A stretch of 64,000 nt of DNA, taken from positions 608,001 through 672,000 of the forward strand of contig JBDRZU010000001.1 in assembly GCA_039804105.1 (NCBI GenBank), given 5' to 3'. The stretch is from a candidate division WOR-3 bacterium (lineage in GTDB: Bacteria > Hydrothermota > 32-111). Shown here piece after piece: positions 10,508-20,733 of the stretch. The translations under genes were made by a program, and so were the position numbers. Each line of letters starts with the position of its first letter. Position 1 is the first letter of the stretch. The notes under the pieces were generated by a model. The model was not told the origin of the DNA. It was given only the letters and a program-made list of their open reading frames with translations, and searched no databases.

Positions 10508-11293
10508 ATGATTAGAGTTGGAGTTAATGGTTGTGCTGGAAAGATGGGAAGCATCTTATGTTATAAAATCCTTCATGAGGATGATATTGTATTAACAGAA
10601 GCATTTGAAAAAGCAGGTTCAGAATTCATTGGTATGGATCTTGGCATAGTTCTTGGGATTGAAGAGTGGAAATTGACTATAAAAGAACTATCAGTATCAG
10701 AAAAATACAAAATTGATATTCTTGTTGATTTTTCGACAGAAGATGGTTTTTTAAATTCTCTCGAGCACTCTTTTGCCCAAAAAATTCCTTTCATCTCTGG
10801 AACAACCGGACTCTCAAAAGAAAGTTTAAAAAAGATGAAAAATTATTCCAAAGAGATTCCAATCCTATACTCATCAAATATGTCAACTGGTATAAACTCA
10901 ATTTTAAACGCATTAGATGATCTGAAAGATATCCTTAACGACAGAAAAAGGGATATTGAAATAATTGAGTATCACCATAACAAAAAAAAGGACTCCCCAA
11001 GTGGAACAGCAATTATGATAGCAGAAAAAATCTCAGAACTTACAAAAAGAGGAATCAACAAAACTGGAACAGTAACTTTTCCGAGAAATGATGAAATCAG
11101 AATACATTCTTTAAGACTTGGGGAAATATATGGTTATCATAAAGTGATAATTTCTGGAAACGGTGAAACAATCGAAATTTCACATACAGCACTATCAAGA
11201 GAGACTTTTGCGAATGGAGTTATTGAAAGCATAAAGTTTTTATCGAATAAAAAGAATGGCTTATACTCACTCTCAGACATCAAAAGGAGATAA
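10508..11293 (+). CDS. dapB: 4-hydroxy-tetrahydrodipicolinate reductase
   Basis: GCAGKMG, VDFS, GTTG, SSNMSTG, EYHHNKKKDSPSGTA. Confidence 0.95.
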   Translation: MIRVGVNGCAGKMGSILCYKILHEDDIVLTEAFEKAGSEFIGMDLGIVLGIEEWKLTIKELSVSEKYKIDILVDFSTEDGFLNSLEHSFAQKIPFISGTTGLSKESLKKMKNYSKEIPILYSSNMSTGINSILNALDDLKDILNDRKRDIEIIEYHHNKKKDSPSGTAIMIAEKISELTKRGINKTGTVTFPRNDEIRIHSLRLGEIYGYHKVIISGNGETIEISHTALSRETFANGVIESIKFLSNKKNGLYSLSDIKRR

Positions 11294-11294
11294 A

Positions 11295-12440
11295 ATGTTT
11301 TCTCAAAATCTTGAAAAACTTCCACCTTACCTTTTTGATCAAATTGATAAAATGAAAAAAAGTATAAAAAATCCTATAGATTTTGGAGTGGGAGATCCTG
11401 ATCTACCAACACCTAAAATCATTGTTGATGAGATGATCAAAAATGTTAAAAAATCAGAATATCATAAATATCCACCATATGAAGGCATTTCTGAATTAAA
11501 AAAAGAGATCTCAATCTATTTTAAAAAAAGGTTTTCTGTAAATGTTGATCCAGATAAAGAGATACTCGTTTTAATAGGTTCAAAAGAAGGTATCGCACAT
11601 TCACTTGAAGCATTTTTGAATAAGGGAGATAAAGTTTTAATACCTTCAATATGTTATCCGGTTTATAAAAATCAAACGATTTTAAAAGGTGGAATTCCGG
11701 TAGAATACAAAATAAAATATGAGAACAATTTTATACCCGATTTAGAAGAAATTGAAAAAAAGATTGATGAAAAAACAAAAATTCTTTTTTTAAACTATCC
11801 TAACAATCCAACTGGAACAAAAGTGAAAAAAGGATTTTATGATGATATATACGAACTCTGTTCAAAAAAAAACATATTCGTATTGAACGACAATGTTTAT
11901 TCTGAAATATATTTTGATGATGATCCTCCACCATCTTTTTTCCAATCTGATAGAAACAAGGATATTTCCTGCGAATTTCATTCTTTTTCCAAAGTTTTTA
12001 ATATGACTGGCTGGAGGATTGGCTTCATGGTTGGGAATCAAAAAATGATAGAAACAGTAAAAAAAATAAAAACGAACACAGATTCTGGAGTTTTTATTCC
12101 TATACAGTTTGCTGCAATTAAAGGTTTAAAAAACTTTGAAAAGATTAAAAAGGATAACATAAAGGTATACAAAAAAAGGATGGAAATAATTTCACAGGAA
12201 CTTTACAGAAAAGGTTTTGAATTTCATAAACCGGTCGCAACTTATTACCTCTTCTCAAAAACTTTGAAAAATATGGATTCTTTATCTTTTACAAAATTAC
12301 TTCTAAAAAAAACAGGTATAGTCACAACACCTGGAATAGGTTTTGGAAAAGATGGTGATGGTTTTATAAGATTTTCTATAACTCTGAACGAAAAAGATTT
12401 TTATAGAGGAATAGAAAAAATAAAAAGATTAAAAATTTAA
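11295..12440 (+). CDS. dapL: LL-diaminopimelate aminotransferase (class I/II PLP)
   Basis: LPPYLF, GVGDPDLPTP, LIGSKEG, NYPNNPTG, SFSKVFNMTGWRIG; between dapB and lysC; SD AGGAG before ATG 11295. Confidence 0.8.
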   Translation: MFSQNLEKLPPYLFDQIDKMKKSIKNPIDFGVGDPDLPTPKIIVDEMIKNVKKSEYHKYPPYEGISELKKEISIYFKKRFSVNVDPDKEILVLIGSKEGIAHSLEAFLNKGDKVLIPSICYPVYKNQTILKGGIPVEYKIKYENNFIPDLEEIEKKIDEKTKILFLNYPNNPTGTKVKKGFYDDIYELCSKKNIFVLNDNVYSEIYFDDDPPPSFFQSDRNKDISCEFHSFSKVFNMTGWRIGFMVGNQKMIETVKKIKTNTDSGVFIPIQFAAIKGLKNFEKIKKDNIKVYKKRMEIISQELYRKGFEFHKPVATYYLFSKTLKNMDSLSFTKLLLKKTGIVTTPGIGFGKDGDGFIRFSITLNEKDFYRGIEKIKRLKI

Positions 12441-13616
12441 ATGGCTTTAATAGTAAAAAAATTCGGCGGAACATCTCTTGCAACACCAGATCTGATAAAA
12501 CATCTTGCAAAGAAAGTTGCTCTGGATATTAAATCTGGGAACAAAGTTGTTGTTGTCGTTTCTGCAATGGGTAAAACAACAAATGAACTTATATCGATGG
12601 CAAAATCTTTAACCTCTAATCCAGATCAAAGAGAAATGGACATGCTTTTGACAGCAGGCGAAAGAATATCGATGGCACTATTTTCAATGGCTTTGAATTC
12701 ACTTGATATAAAAGCATACTCTTTCACAGGTTCTCAGGTTGGAATCATAACAACATCAACTCACACAGATGCCAAAATTATTACAGTAAAAGGGGAAAGG
12801 TTACTTGAAGCGTTATCAAATGGAATAACTCCTATAATTGCTGGATTTCAAGGGATATCTTCTACAAAAGAGATCACAACTCTTGGAAGAGGAGGTTCAG
12901 ACACAACTGCGGTTGCAATCGCCGCTTTTTTGAAAGCAGATCTATGTGAGATCTATACCGATGTTGATGGTGTCTATAAAGTGGATCCAAGGATTGTTCC
13001 TGAATCAAAAATAATAAAAAAAATATCTTATGATGAAATGCTTTTGATGTCACATTTGGGTTCGAAAGTTTTACATCCAAGATCAGTTGAAATAGCTAAA
13101 AAATATAAGATACCGATTGCTGTAAAATCATCTTTTAATGAAGGAGAAGGAACGATGGTAACCAACATAGAAAACATTGAATCTTCAGGTGTAAATAGTA
13201 TAAGCGTGAAGGATGATCTCGCACTTGTGAGTATGAAAACCGGGGATTTGGGTCTTGTTAAATTTTTGAACGACCTAAACGAAAAGGATTTAAGAATCGA
13301 ACTATTTATCACAAAAAGTTTGGAAAATATCTCACTTGTGATCTCCCAAGATAAAGTCAACGATCTTTTACCTCTTGTTGAAAACTTTTCAAACTCTTTG
13401 AGTGTCAGTAGCGATATCTCTTTAATATCACTTATAGGAGAAGGTATTTCAGAGGATAAAAATATTATTAAAACGATAATCGAAATAGTTTCAAAATATG
13501 ATAAGGATATCTTTGGGATATTCACCAATAAAATTTCTTACACGATAGTTACAAAAAAAGCTTACAAAGAAAAAATTGTTAAAGAGGTAGGTAAAAGATT
13601 TGAACTCATCAAATAG
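12441..13616 (+). CDS. lysC: Aspartate kinase
   Basis: KFGGTS, VVVVSAMG, TTLGRGGSDTTA, YTDVDGV..DPR; ACT-like C-terminus. Confidence 0.96.
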   Translation: MALIVKKFGGTSLATPDLIKHLAKKVALDIKSGNKVVVVVSAMGKTTNELISMAKSLTSNPDQREMDMLLTAGERISMALFSMALNSLDIKAYSFTGSQVGIITTSTHTDAKIITVKGERLLEALSNGITPIIAGFQGISSTKEITTLGRGGSDTTAVAIAAFLKADLCEIYTDVDGVYKVDPRIVPESKIIKKISYDEMLLMSHLGSKVLHPRSVEIAKKYKIPIAVKSSFNEGEGTMVTNIENIESSGVNSISVKDDLALVSMKTGDLGLVKFLNDLNEKDLRIELFITKSLENISLVISQDKVNDLLPLVENFSNSLSVSSDISLISLIGEGISEDKNIIKTIIEIVSKYDKDIFGIFTNKISYTIVTKKAYKEKIVKEVGKRFELIK

Positions 13617-14577
13617 AAGTGCTAATATCGCTCTTGTAGGAGCAACAGGTCTTGTTGGAAGAGAATTTTTAAAACTTGTTGAGGAAAGGGATTTCCCCTT
13701 TAAAGATTTATATCTTTTTTCTTCAAAAAAAAGTGCTGGAACAAAACTCAAAATAAAAGGTAAAATCTATACTGTAAAAGAGTTTAATAAAAATGATTTT
13801 CAAAATATCGATCTTGCATTCTTTGCTACTTCTGCTGAAGAATCTATAAAATATATAGGAGAGATTAAAAAATTTAAAACGGTTTGCATAGACAATTCTT
13901 CAGCTTTTAGATTGAAAAAAAATATCCCCCTTGTGGTCCCTGAAATAAATTTTAATACGATAAACAATAGAACAAAAATAATAGCAAATCCAAACTGTTC
14001 AACGATACAACTCGTTTTGGTATTAAACAGTTTGTTAACAATAGAAAATATACATTCTGTAAATGTTTCAACATATCAGGCAATATCAGGTGCAGGGAAA
14101 GATGCTTTGACAAAATTCTTCGAACAAAAAGATGGGAAATATAAAAAGGGAGAACCAGTTTTTTTCAATAATCTTATACAGCATATCGGAAATTATAAGA
14201 AAGATTGGTGCGAAGAGGAAAACAAAATAATCAATGAAACAAGGAAAATTTTAAACAATTATAGTTTGAATGTTTCAGCGACAACAATAAGAGTTCCAAT
14301 TATAAATTCTCATACTGAGGTTGTTACAGTAGAATTCAAAAGAAAAATTAATTTTAAAAAGATAGTTGATGTTTTGCAAAAAACTCCATATCTGATACTT
14401 TTGAAAGAAACTGACCCTATCTCCGTATCTGGCACTAACCTTGTTTTTGTTTCCCGATTAAGAAAGGATAAATTTTTTAACAACAGAATCCATTTCATTA
14501 TCACTGCTGACAACTTAAGAATAGGTGCTGCACTCAACGGTATAAAAATAGCCGAAAGGATAATATATGAGAGTTAA
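13600..14577 (+). CDS. asd: Aspartate-semialdehyde dehydrogenase
   Basis: GATGLVG, IDNSSAFR, NPNCST, STYQAISGAG, DNLRIGAALN. Confidence 0.95.
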   Translation: MNSSNRSANIALVGATGLVGREFLKLVEERDFPFKDLYLFSSKKSAGTKLKIKGKIYTVKEFNKNDFQNIDLAFFATSAEESIKYIGEIKKFKTVCIDNSSAFRLKKNIPLVVPEINFNTINNRTKIIANPNCSTIQLVLVLNSLLTIENIHSVNVSTYQAISGAGKDALTKFFEQKDGKYKKGEPVFFNNLIQHIGNYKKDWCEEENKIINETRKILNNYSLNVSATTIRVPIINSHTEVVTVEFKRKINFKKIVDVLQKTPYLILLKETDPISVSGTNLVFVSRLRKDKFFNNRIHFIITADNLRIGAALNGIKIAERIIYES

Positions 14578-15727
14578 AATAATTCTTTTTGTTTTGTTTC
14601 TTCTAAACATTTACCTTTTTTCAGCTTTCGAGGATGCTATCATTATCTCTGAAATAAATATAGATTCAACCAACATTCCATATTTAAATTTGAATATCGA
14701 AATACCATCAAAAGATATAATCTTTTTAAAGGATAGCTTAGGGTACTACTCAAAAATAAATATAATATTCACTTTTTTAAAAGGAAATGACAACCCAATA
14801 CTTTCAAAAGAAATAGATACAACAATCAAATATGATACTTTCCCATCATCTTTTGATACACTGACAATTAAATTTAAAAACATCTCTTTAAATCTTCCAG
14901 AGGAAACTAAAAAATTAGTAATCAATATTCTTGATAAGAAAACCGATAGATCAAAAAATTTTATTTTCAAAGTCGAGATACCCCAAATACCACAGACAGG
15001 TAACTATCTCAAAAGTTTTTCAATAATAAATGGAACAAATGGTTCCTTTTTTGCTGGAGAAACGATAAAAATGGAAACGAACTTAATTAAAAGAAATGAA
15101 AAAAATGGAAACTATAATCTTTTGATAATCGATCAAAATGAAAGAATAGTTTTTAAGAAAAAATTTACATCGAAAAACTTAATCGATACACTAATGGTAG
15201 TCAAAGAATTTTATGGTGGGAAATACAGGTTAAAAATCGAGTACATTGAAGATAATAAAATTATAAATTTTCTAACAAAAGACCTCTTTATAAAATTCTC
15301 ATTCATAAATTCAGAAAACGAGTTTCAGGATATTTTAAACGCTCTATCTTACATTGCTAAATGGGATGAATTAGATAAACTAAAAAAATCTACAAAAGAA
15401 AATAGAGAGGAAGAATGGAACAGATTTTGGATAAAACAAATTTCAGAACCTGTAATTACAACGAATATTTCCTACGCTGAATTTATGGACAGATACAATT
15501 ACGCGAACAAAAATTTTTCAGGATTCAAAAAAGGTTATAGAACAGATTTTGGAAGGATATTTATAATTTATGGGAAACCTGATGAAATTGAAAGACATCC
15601 ATTCGATAAGGATAGTAAGCCATATGAGATCTGGTATTATTACAAGAACAACATTCAGTTTATCTTTGTTGATGTGAACGGTTATGGAGAATATGTTTTA
15701 CAGAATTATCTTGAACAGTTGAGGTGA
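14567..15727 (+). CDS. GWxTD domain-containing exported protein
   Basis: Signal peptide; FW..., RYNYANKNF...GYRTDFGRIFIIYGKPDEIE, PYEIWYY, FIFVDVNGYGEY. Confidence 0.85.
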   Translation: MRVKIILFVLFLLNIYLFSAFEDAIIISEINIDSTNIPYLNLNIEIPSKDIIFLKDSLGYYSKINIIFTFLKGNDNPILSKEIDTTIKYDTFPSSFDTLTIKFKNISLNLPEETKKLVINILDKKTDRSKNFIFKVEIPQIPQTGNYLKSFSIINGTNGSFFAGETIKMETNLIKRNEKNGNYNLLIIDQNERIVFKKKFTSKNLIDTLMVVKEFYGGKYRLKIEYIEDNKIINFLTKDLFIKFSFINSENEFQDILNALSYIAKWDELDKLKKSTKENREEEWNRFWIKQISEPVITTNISYAEFMDRYNYANKNFSGFKKGYRTDFGRIFIIYGKPDEIERHPFDKDSKPYEIWYYYKNNIQFIFVDVNGYGEYVLQNYLEQLR

Positions 15728-17043
15728 ATATGAGAATCTTTACAATTTTGATTTTGACATTTTTTTCAATCAATATTTTTGCAAACTATGATGTATCGAT
15801 TACATCTTTTAAAGCACAAGATAATATACATCAAATATTCTATGATATCCAGTTTTACGCAAAGGATATAACATATAAAAATGTCGATGGTAAAAATACT
15901 GGAATTTTACACTTTAAAATTTTTGTTAAAAACCTTGAAACATCACAGGAAATATATGATGAGTGGAATTCGAAATCTTATATATCACAATCTGAGCAAC
16001 TCAACAGAGAAATGTTCCTTCTCGATAGATCTTCCTTTATACTCTCCCCTGCAAAATATGAAATAAGAAGTTTGATAGTTGATTCTTTTTCAAAAAAGGA
16101 ATTCTCAAAAATTGATACAATAATTTTAGAGCCTTTTGATAGCAAACCAACAATTTCAAATATCCTTGTTGGATACACCGTAAAAAAAGATTCTATGGAA
16201 GGTAAATTTACGAGAAACGGATATTCGGTTACTCCAAATCCTTCTAAAATATTTACTCTTGTGAATCCTTTGATTTATCTATACTTCGAGATTTACAATT
16301 TACATAATAAAGAATATACACTTGATTATCTTATATATGACACTAAAGATTCTTTGATCACAACGATTAAAGGTGAAAAGAAAATATCTCCACCTTTCGA
16401 TTTTGTTGTGAATAACTTTTTCAACACTCTTGGGTTCAAAGATGGTAAGTACAGGCTAGATGTTAAAATTAAATATGATGATAAAGAAATTTCACAATCA
16501 ACAAATTTTGAAAAAATTTCAAATCTTTACCCGGGTAAAGAATCAAAATATATCCTTACAGAAGAGGAAATGAAATATTATTCTCTAATAGATTATATTG
16601 CAACCCCTTCCGAGTTGACACAGTTTAAATCTATAAAAGATGAAAAAGCAAAACATAATTTCCTTATAAATTTCTGGGAAAGAAGAGATATCGATAAAAC
16701 AAATGATAAACTCGAATCTTTGAAAGATTTTATTGTAAAAGTTAAATATGTTCGAAAAAATTTTTCATCAGGTGGTGAAGATGGTTATCTCTCAGCAAGA
16801 GGAAGAATATATTTAAAATATGGTCCACCAGACGAGACATTACTTGTCCCTATGAGCAAAGGATCAAAAAATTACGATTCATGGATTTATTATTCAAAAG
16901 GTGGAATGCAGTTCATCTTTATGGATATAAAAGGTTTCGGCAAATATGAACTTATCTACACGAATGTTATGGAAGAGGAAATACCCCAAAATTGGTCAAA
17001 TTATATTGATGATTACAATATAATCCAATTTTATAGAAACTAA
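15724..17043 (+). CDS. GWxTD domain-containing exported protein (degenerate motif)
   Basis: Signal peptide; FLINFWERRD, GYLSARGRIYLKYGPPDE, WIY, FIFMDIKGFGKYEL. Confidence 0.82.
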   Translation: MNMRIFTILILTFFSINIFANYDVSITSFKAQDNIHQIFYDIQFYAKDITYKNVDGKNTGILHFKIFVKNLETSQEIYDEWNSKSYISQSEQLNREMFLLDRSSFILSPAKYEIRSLIVDSFSKKEFSKIDTIILEPFDSKPTISNILVGYTVKKDSMEGKFTRNGYSVTPNPSKIFTLVNPLIYLYFEIYNLHNKEYTLDYLIYDTKDSLITTIKGEKKISPPFDFVVNNFFNTLGFKDGKYRLDVKIKYDDKEISQSTNFEKISNLYPGKESKYILTEEEMKYYSLIDYIATPSELTQFKSIKDEKAKHNFLINFWERRDIDKTNDKLESLKDFIVKVKYVRKNFSSGGEDGYLSARGRIYLKYGPPDETLLVPMSKGSKNYDSWIYYSKGGMQFIFMDIKGFGKYELIYTNVMEEEIPQNWSNYIDDYNIIQFYRN

Positions 17044-17044
17044 A

Positions 17045-18616
17045 ATGAAAAATTTCGATATTATAGTCGTCGGCTCTGGAATCGCTGGTTTGACATTCGC
17101 ATTCAAGATTGCCCCTTATGTTAACACTGTATGTTTGATAACCAAAAAAAGTATGGAGGATTCAAACACAAACTATGCTCAGGGAGGAATCGCTGCTGTT
17201 TTTGGAGAAGATGATTCTTTTGAACTTCACATAAAGGATACTATTGAAACTGGAAGATACCTTTCACATAAAGATGCTGTTGAAATAATGGTTATGAACG
17301 GTCCTAAACTTGTTATGGAACTCAAAGAACTTGGAGCAAAATTTGAAATAGACGAAAATGGGAAATTTAAACTGGGTAAAGAAGGTGGACATTCAAAAAG
17401 AAGGATCGTCCATGCAGGTGATTATACAGGATACGAGATAGAAAAAACACTTATAGAAAATATTAAAACCTACAACAACGTCTTGATGTTCACCAACCAT
17501 TTTGTCTGTGACCTGATAGTTGATGAGAACAATTTATGTCAGGGAGTTTATGTCCTTGATGTTGAAAAAAATGAAATAGAACCATATTTCTCTCAGTTCG
17601 TAGTGATCGCAACAGGCGGGTGTGGTCAGGTTTATAAATTCACAACAAATCCCATGATCGCAACAGGTGATGGGATAGCGATCTCATATCTTGCAAATGC
17701 TAAAATAGCAAATATGGAGTTTTTTCAATTTCATCCGACAGCTTTATACAACTCTGAAGAGATGGGAAGGTCTTTTTTGATATCTGAAGCTGTGAGAGGT
17801 GAAGGGGCTTTCCTAAAATTAAAAGATAATAGACAATTTATGCATAAATACAGTGAAAAAAAATCTCTTGCTCCAAGAGATATTGTTGCAAGAGCCATAG
17901 ATAACGAATTAAAACTTTCTGGAGAAGATTTCGTTTACCTTGATCTCTCTCCTTTCACAGAGAAAAAATTTAAGGATAGATTTCCAAAGATTTATGAAAA
18001 ATGCAAACAGATGAATATAAATGTTCCTTACGAACCGATACCCGTTGTTCCAGCAGCGCATTATTCATGCGGAGGCATTTATACTGATACATATGCAAGG
18101 AGTTCTATTAAAAACCTTTATGCAATAGGTGAAGCAGCATGTACAGGAGTTCATGGAGCTAACAGATTGGCATCAAATTCTTTACTGGAAGCTCTCGTTT
18201 TTGCCGATCAGGCTTTCCGTGATGTAAGAGAAAAATTGAAAGAACCTTTTGAAACCACCGTTCCAGGATTTTACAGTCAACCCAAACCTATAGATCAGGA
18301 AACAAAAGACATTTTAACTGAATTGAGAAAAAAACTTAAAGAGATAATGTGGAAGAAGGTTTCAATTGTGAAAACTGTAAAATCGTTAAAAGAAGCTGAT
18401 GAACAACTAAATATTCTTTCTGAAACATTTTTCAATCTTGAAAATTACAACACTGTTGAATATTTTGAAGTTAGAAATATGATAATAGTATCAAAAATAA
18501 TAATAAACTCAGCACTGAAAAGAAAAGAATCAAGAGGATTACATTTCGTAAAAGATTACCCTGAAGAGAAAAAGGAATATTTACAAGATACGATTATTCA
18601 AAAGGAGGTTTTATGA
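17045..18616 (+). CDS. nadB: L-aspartate oxidase
   Basis: GSGIAGL, SNTNYAQGGIA, EGGHSKRRIVH, QFHPT, LISEAVRGEG, GVHGANRLASNSLLE. Confidence 0.95.
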   Translation: MKNFDIIVVGSGIAGLTFAFKIAPYVNTVCLITKKSMEDSNTNYAQGGIAAVFGEDDSFELHIKDTIETGRYLSHKDAVEIMVMNGPKLVMELKELGAKFEIDENGKFKLGKEGGHSKRRIVHAGDYTGYEIEKTLIENIKTYNNVLMFTNHFVCDLIVDENNLCQGVYVLDVEKNEIEPYFSQFVVIATGGCGQVYKFTTNPMIATGDGIAISYLANAKIANMEFFQFHPTALYNSEEMGRSFLISEAVRGEGAFLKLKDNRQFMHKYSEKKSLAPRDIVARAIDNELKLSGEDFVYLDLSPFTEKKFKDRFPKIYEKCKQMNINVPYEPIPVVPAAHYSCGGIYTDTYARSSIKNLYAIGEAACTGVHGANRLASNSLLEALVFADQAFRDVREKLKEPFETTVPGFYSQPKPIDQETKDILTELRKKLKEIMWKKVSIVKTVKSLKEADEQLNILSETFFNLENYNTVEYFEVRNMIIVSKIIINSALKRKESRGLHFVKDYPEEKKEYLQDTIIQKEVL

Positions 18617-18900
18617 ATATAAGAATTACAGGTAAACATCTTGAAATTTCGCCTGAAATAAAAAATTTTATTGAAGAATCTCTTAAACACCTTGAAAAAT
18701 TTGAACATAACATAATCGATTGTAATGTTGTGATCGAACTTAATGGAAGGAGATATAAAGTTGAAATAGATATTGATGTGAAAAAACATAGATTCATTTC
18801 TTCAGATGAATCTTTCGATCTTATGACTTCGATAGATAAAGCGATAGATAAAATGAAAACCCAACTGAAAAAGTTTGAGGAGAAAAAACATGACAGATAA
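18613..18900 (+). CDS. hpf: Ribosome hibernation promoting factor (short HPF/RaiA)
   Basis: MNIRITGKHLEIS...DLMTSIDKAIDKMKTQLKK; 95 aa, no C-terminal extension. Confidence 0.9.
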   Translation: MNIRITGKHLEISPEIKNFIEESLKHLEKFEHNIIDCNVVIELNGRRYKVEIDIDVKKHRFISSDESFDLMTSIDKAIDKMKTQLKKFEEKKHDR

Positions 18901-19888
18901 TATAAAACAAAAAACTGAGTTAACTGTAGAAGACCTGTTTAAAGATAACAAAGAGGAACTAACTTTGAAAGTTGTTTCTGGATATAAAGGGATGACAAAT
19001 CTCATAAAGAGTAAAGAGGTTATCAATGCAGGACTCGCTTTTGCAGGATATACAGAACATATTCAAAAAAATTCCTTGATAGTTGCAGGTGATATAGAAC
19101 TTGATTTTTTTAACAACCTGAACAGTTCAAAAAGAAAACTTTTTTTAAGCTCAATCTTTGAAAAAGGATGCGCTGCTTTATTTATAATAACCGAAAGAAA
19201 TATTCCCAAAATAATAAAAATTATTTCAAATAAAAAAAATATTCCTGTAATTACAGGTAACAAAACGATCTACAACACAATAAATAAACTTTCACTCTAC
19301 CTTTCGAGTAAACTTGCTGAATCAATAACAAAACATGGGACCCTTGTTGATATTTACGGTGTCGGAGTTTTGCTTACAGGCAAAAGTGGAATAGGAAAAA
19401 GCGAGTGCGCTCTTGATCTTGTTGATAGAGGTCATCGTCTCGTTGCAGATGATGCTGTAAAAATTTATAAAAGAGGAGAGCATATTCTAATGGGAACGGG
19501 AATAGCACCCGATTCCTCTATCCAGTATCATATGGAGGTCAGAGGTGTCGGAATACTTGATATCGCCAAGATATTTGGAATAAGGGGTGTCAGGTTACAC
19601 AAAAGAATTGAAATTGAGATAAACCTGATAGAATGGAAACCTGACACAGATATCGAAAGGGTTGGGCTTAAAGAGGAAACATCAAATATACTTGGTGTTG
19701 AGATACCTTTAGTTAAAATACCTCTTTTACCTGGAAAAAATATTTCAGTTATAGCAGAAGTAGTAGCACTTAATCACCTTTTAAAAATTTCAGGTTATGA
19801 TACAAGCAAAGTTTTCAACGCAACCCTGATAAAACTTATGCAGGAAAAAGCAAAAAAATTGGCAAGACTTGATGAGGATGAAGAATGA
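18890..19888 (+). CDS. hprK: HPr kinase/phosphorylase
   Basis: HGTLVDIYGVGVLLTGKSGIGKSECAL, GHRLVADD, MEVRGVGI; SD GAGGAG before ATG 18890. Confidence 0.96.
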   Translation: MTDNIKQKTELTVEDLFKDNKEELTLKVVSGYKGMTNLIKSKEVINAGLAFAGYTEHIQKNSLIVAGDIELDFFNNLNSSKRKLFLSSIFEKGCAALFIITERNIPKIIKIISNKKNIPVITGNKTIYNTINKLSLYLSSKLAESITKHGTLVDIYGVGVLLTGKSGIGKSECALDLVDRGHRLVADDAVKIYKRGEHILMGTGIAPDSSIQYHMEVRGVGILDIAKIFGIRGVRLHKRIEIEINLIEWKPDTDIERVGLKEETSNILGVEIPLVKIPLLPGKNISVIAEVVALNHLLKISGYDTSKVFNATLIKLMQEKAKKLARLDEDEE

Positions 19889-20265
19889 TATACGGAATTT
19901 TTACAGGTCATAACAATTTTGCATACGAAACAGTTAAAAGTTGCGAAAGTATAATAGGCGAACAGGGGAACTATTCAACTATTTCCAACAGAGAACTTTC
20001 AAATGATGAAATCTATGAGGAGTTTAAAAAAATTTTAAAAGATTATTCAGAATCTAAAGAGTTCTTTATATTCATAGATTTCTATGGTTCTTCAATTTCA
20101 CTTCCGGCAATAAAGATTAAACAGAACGAAGAAAAGAATTCAATAAAACTTATCTTCGGATACAATCTTCCAATGGTTATCGATTTTTTCCTTCATAGAA
20201 ATAAATTAAATGGGGAACAACTTTACGAAAAAATAATCGATGTTGGGAAAAGAGGTGTCAGATGA
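19885..20265 (+). CDS. PTS mannose/fructose-family EIIA-like protein
   Basis: IFTGHNNFA (phospho-His position), FIFIDFYGSS, GYNLPMV; follows hprK. Confidence 0.8.
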   Translation: MIYGIFTGHNNFAYETVKSCESIIGEQGNYSTISNRELSNDEIYEEFKKILKDYSESKEFFIFIDFYGSSISLPAIKIKQNEEKNSIKLIFGYNLPMVIDFFLHRNKLNGEQLYEKIIDVGKRGVR

Positions 20266-20732
20266 AAATATTAAGGATAGATGACAGGTTGATACATGGA
20301 CAAATAATTGCTGGGTGGATACCGAATCTTGGTATTTCAAACATTTTACTCTTTAATGATTCTTTACCTTTAGATATGTTACAGATTTATAAAAATATGA
20401 TACCTGAGGATGTAAATCTGGAAATCTTAAACATAGATCAAGTTGATAAAATACCTGATGAAAATTCCTCAATATACCTTTTTGAAAATATAAAAACCCT
20501 AAAAAATAATTTGAACAAACTTGTAAACATAAGCTTTGATATTTTTAATCTCGGTGGAATGAGAAATAAAGAGAACAAACAAAAGATTTTGGACTTTATT
20601 TATATGGATGAAAAAGATATTGACGATTTTTTCTCAATAATAGAAAGTTTGAAATTCAAAAAAATCAACGCCCAACAGTTGCCAACAACACAATCTTTTG
20701 ATATTAAGAGAATTCTTGAAAAAAGGAGTTGA
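20262..20732 (+). CDS. PTS mannose/sorbose-family EIIB-like protein
   Basis: [20 protein letters not shown]. Confidence 0.88.
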   Translation: MKILRIDDRLIHGQIIAGWIPNLGISNILLFNDSLPLDMLQIYKNMIPEDVNLEILNIDQVDKIPDENSSIYLFENIKTLKNNLNKLVNISFDIFNLGGMRNKENKQKILDFIYMDEKDIDDFFSIIESLKFKKINAQQLPTTQSFDIKRILEKRS

Positions 20733-20733
20733 G

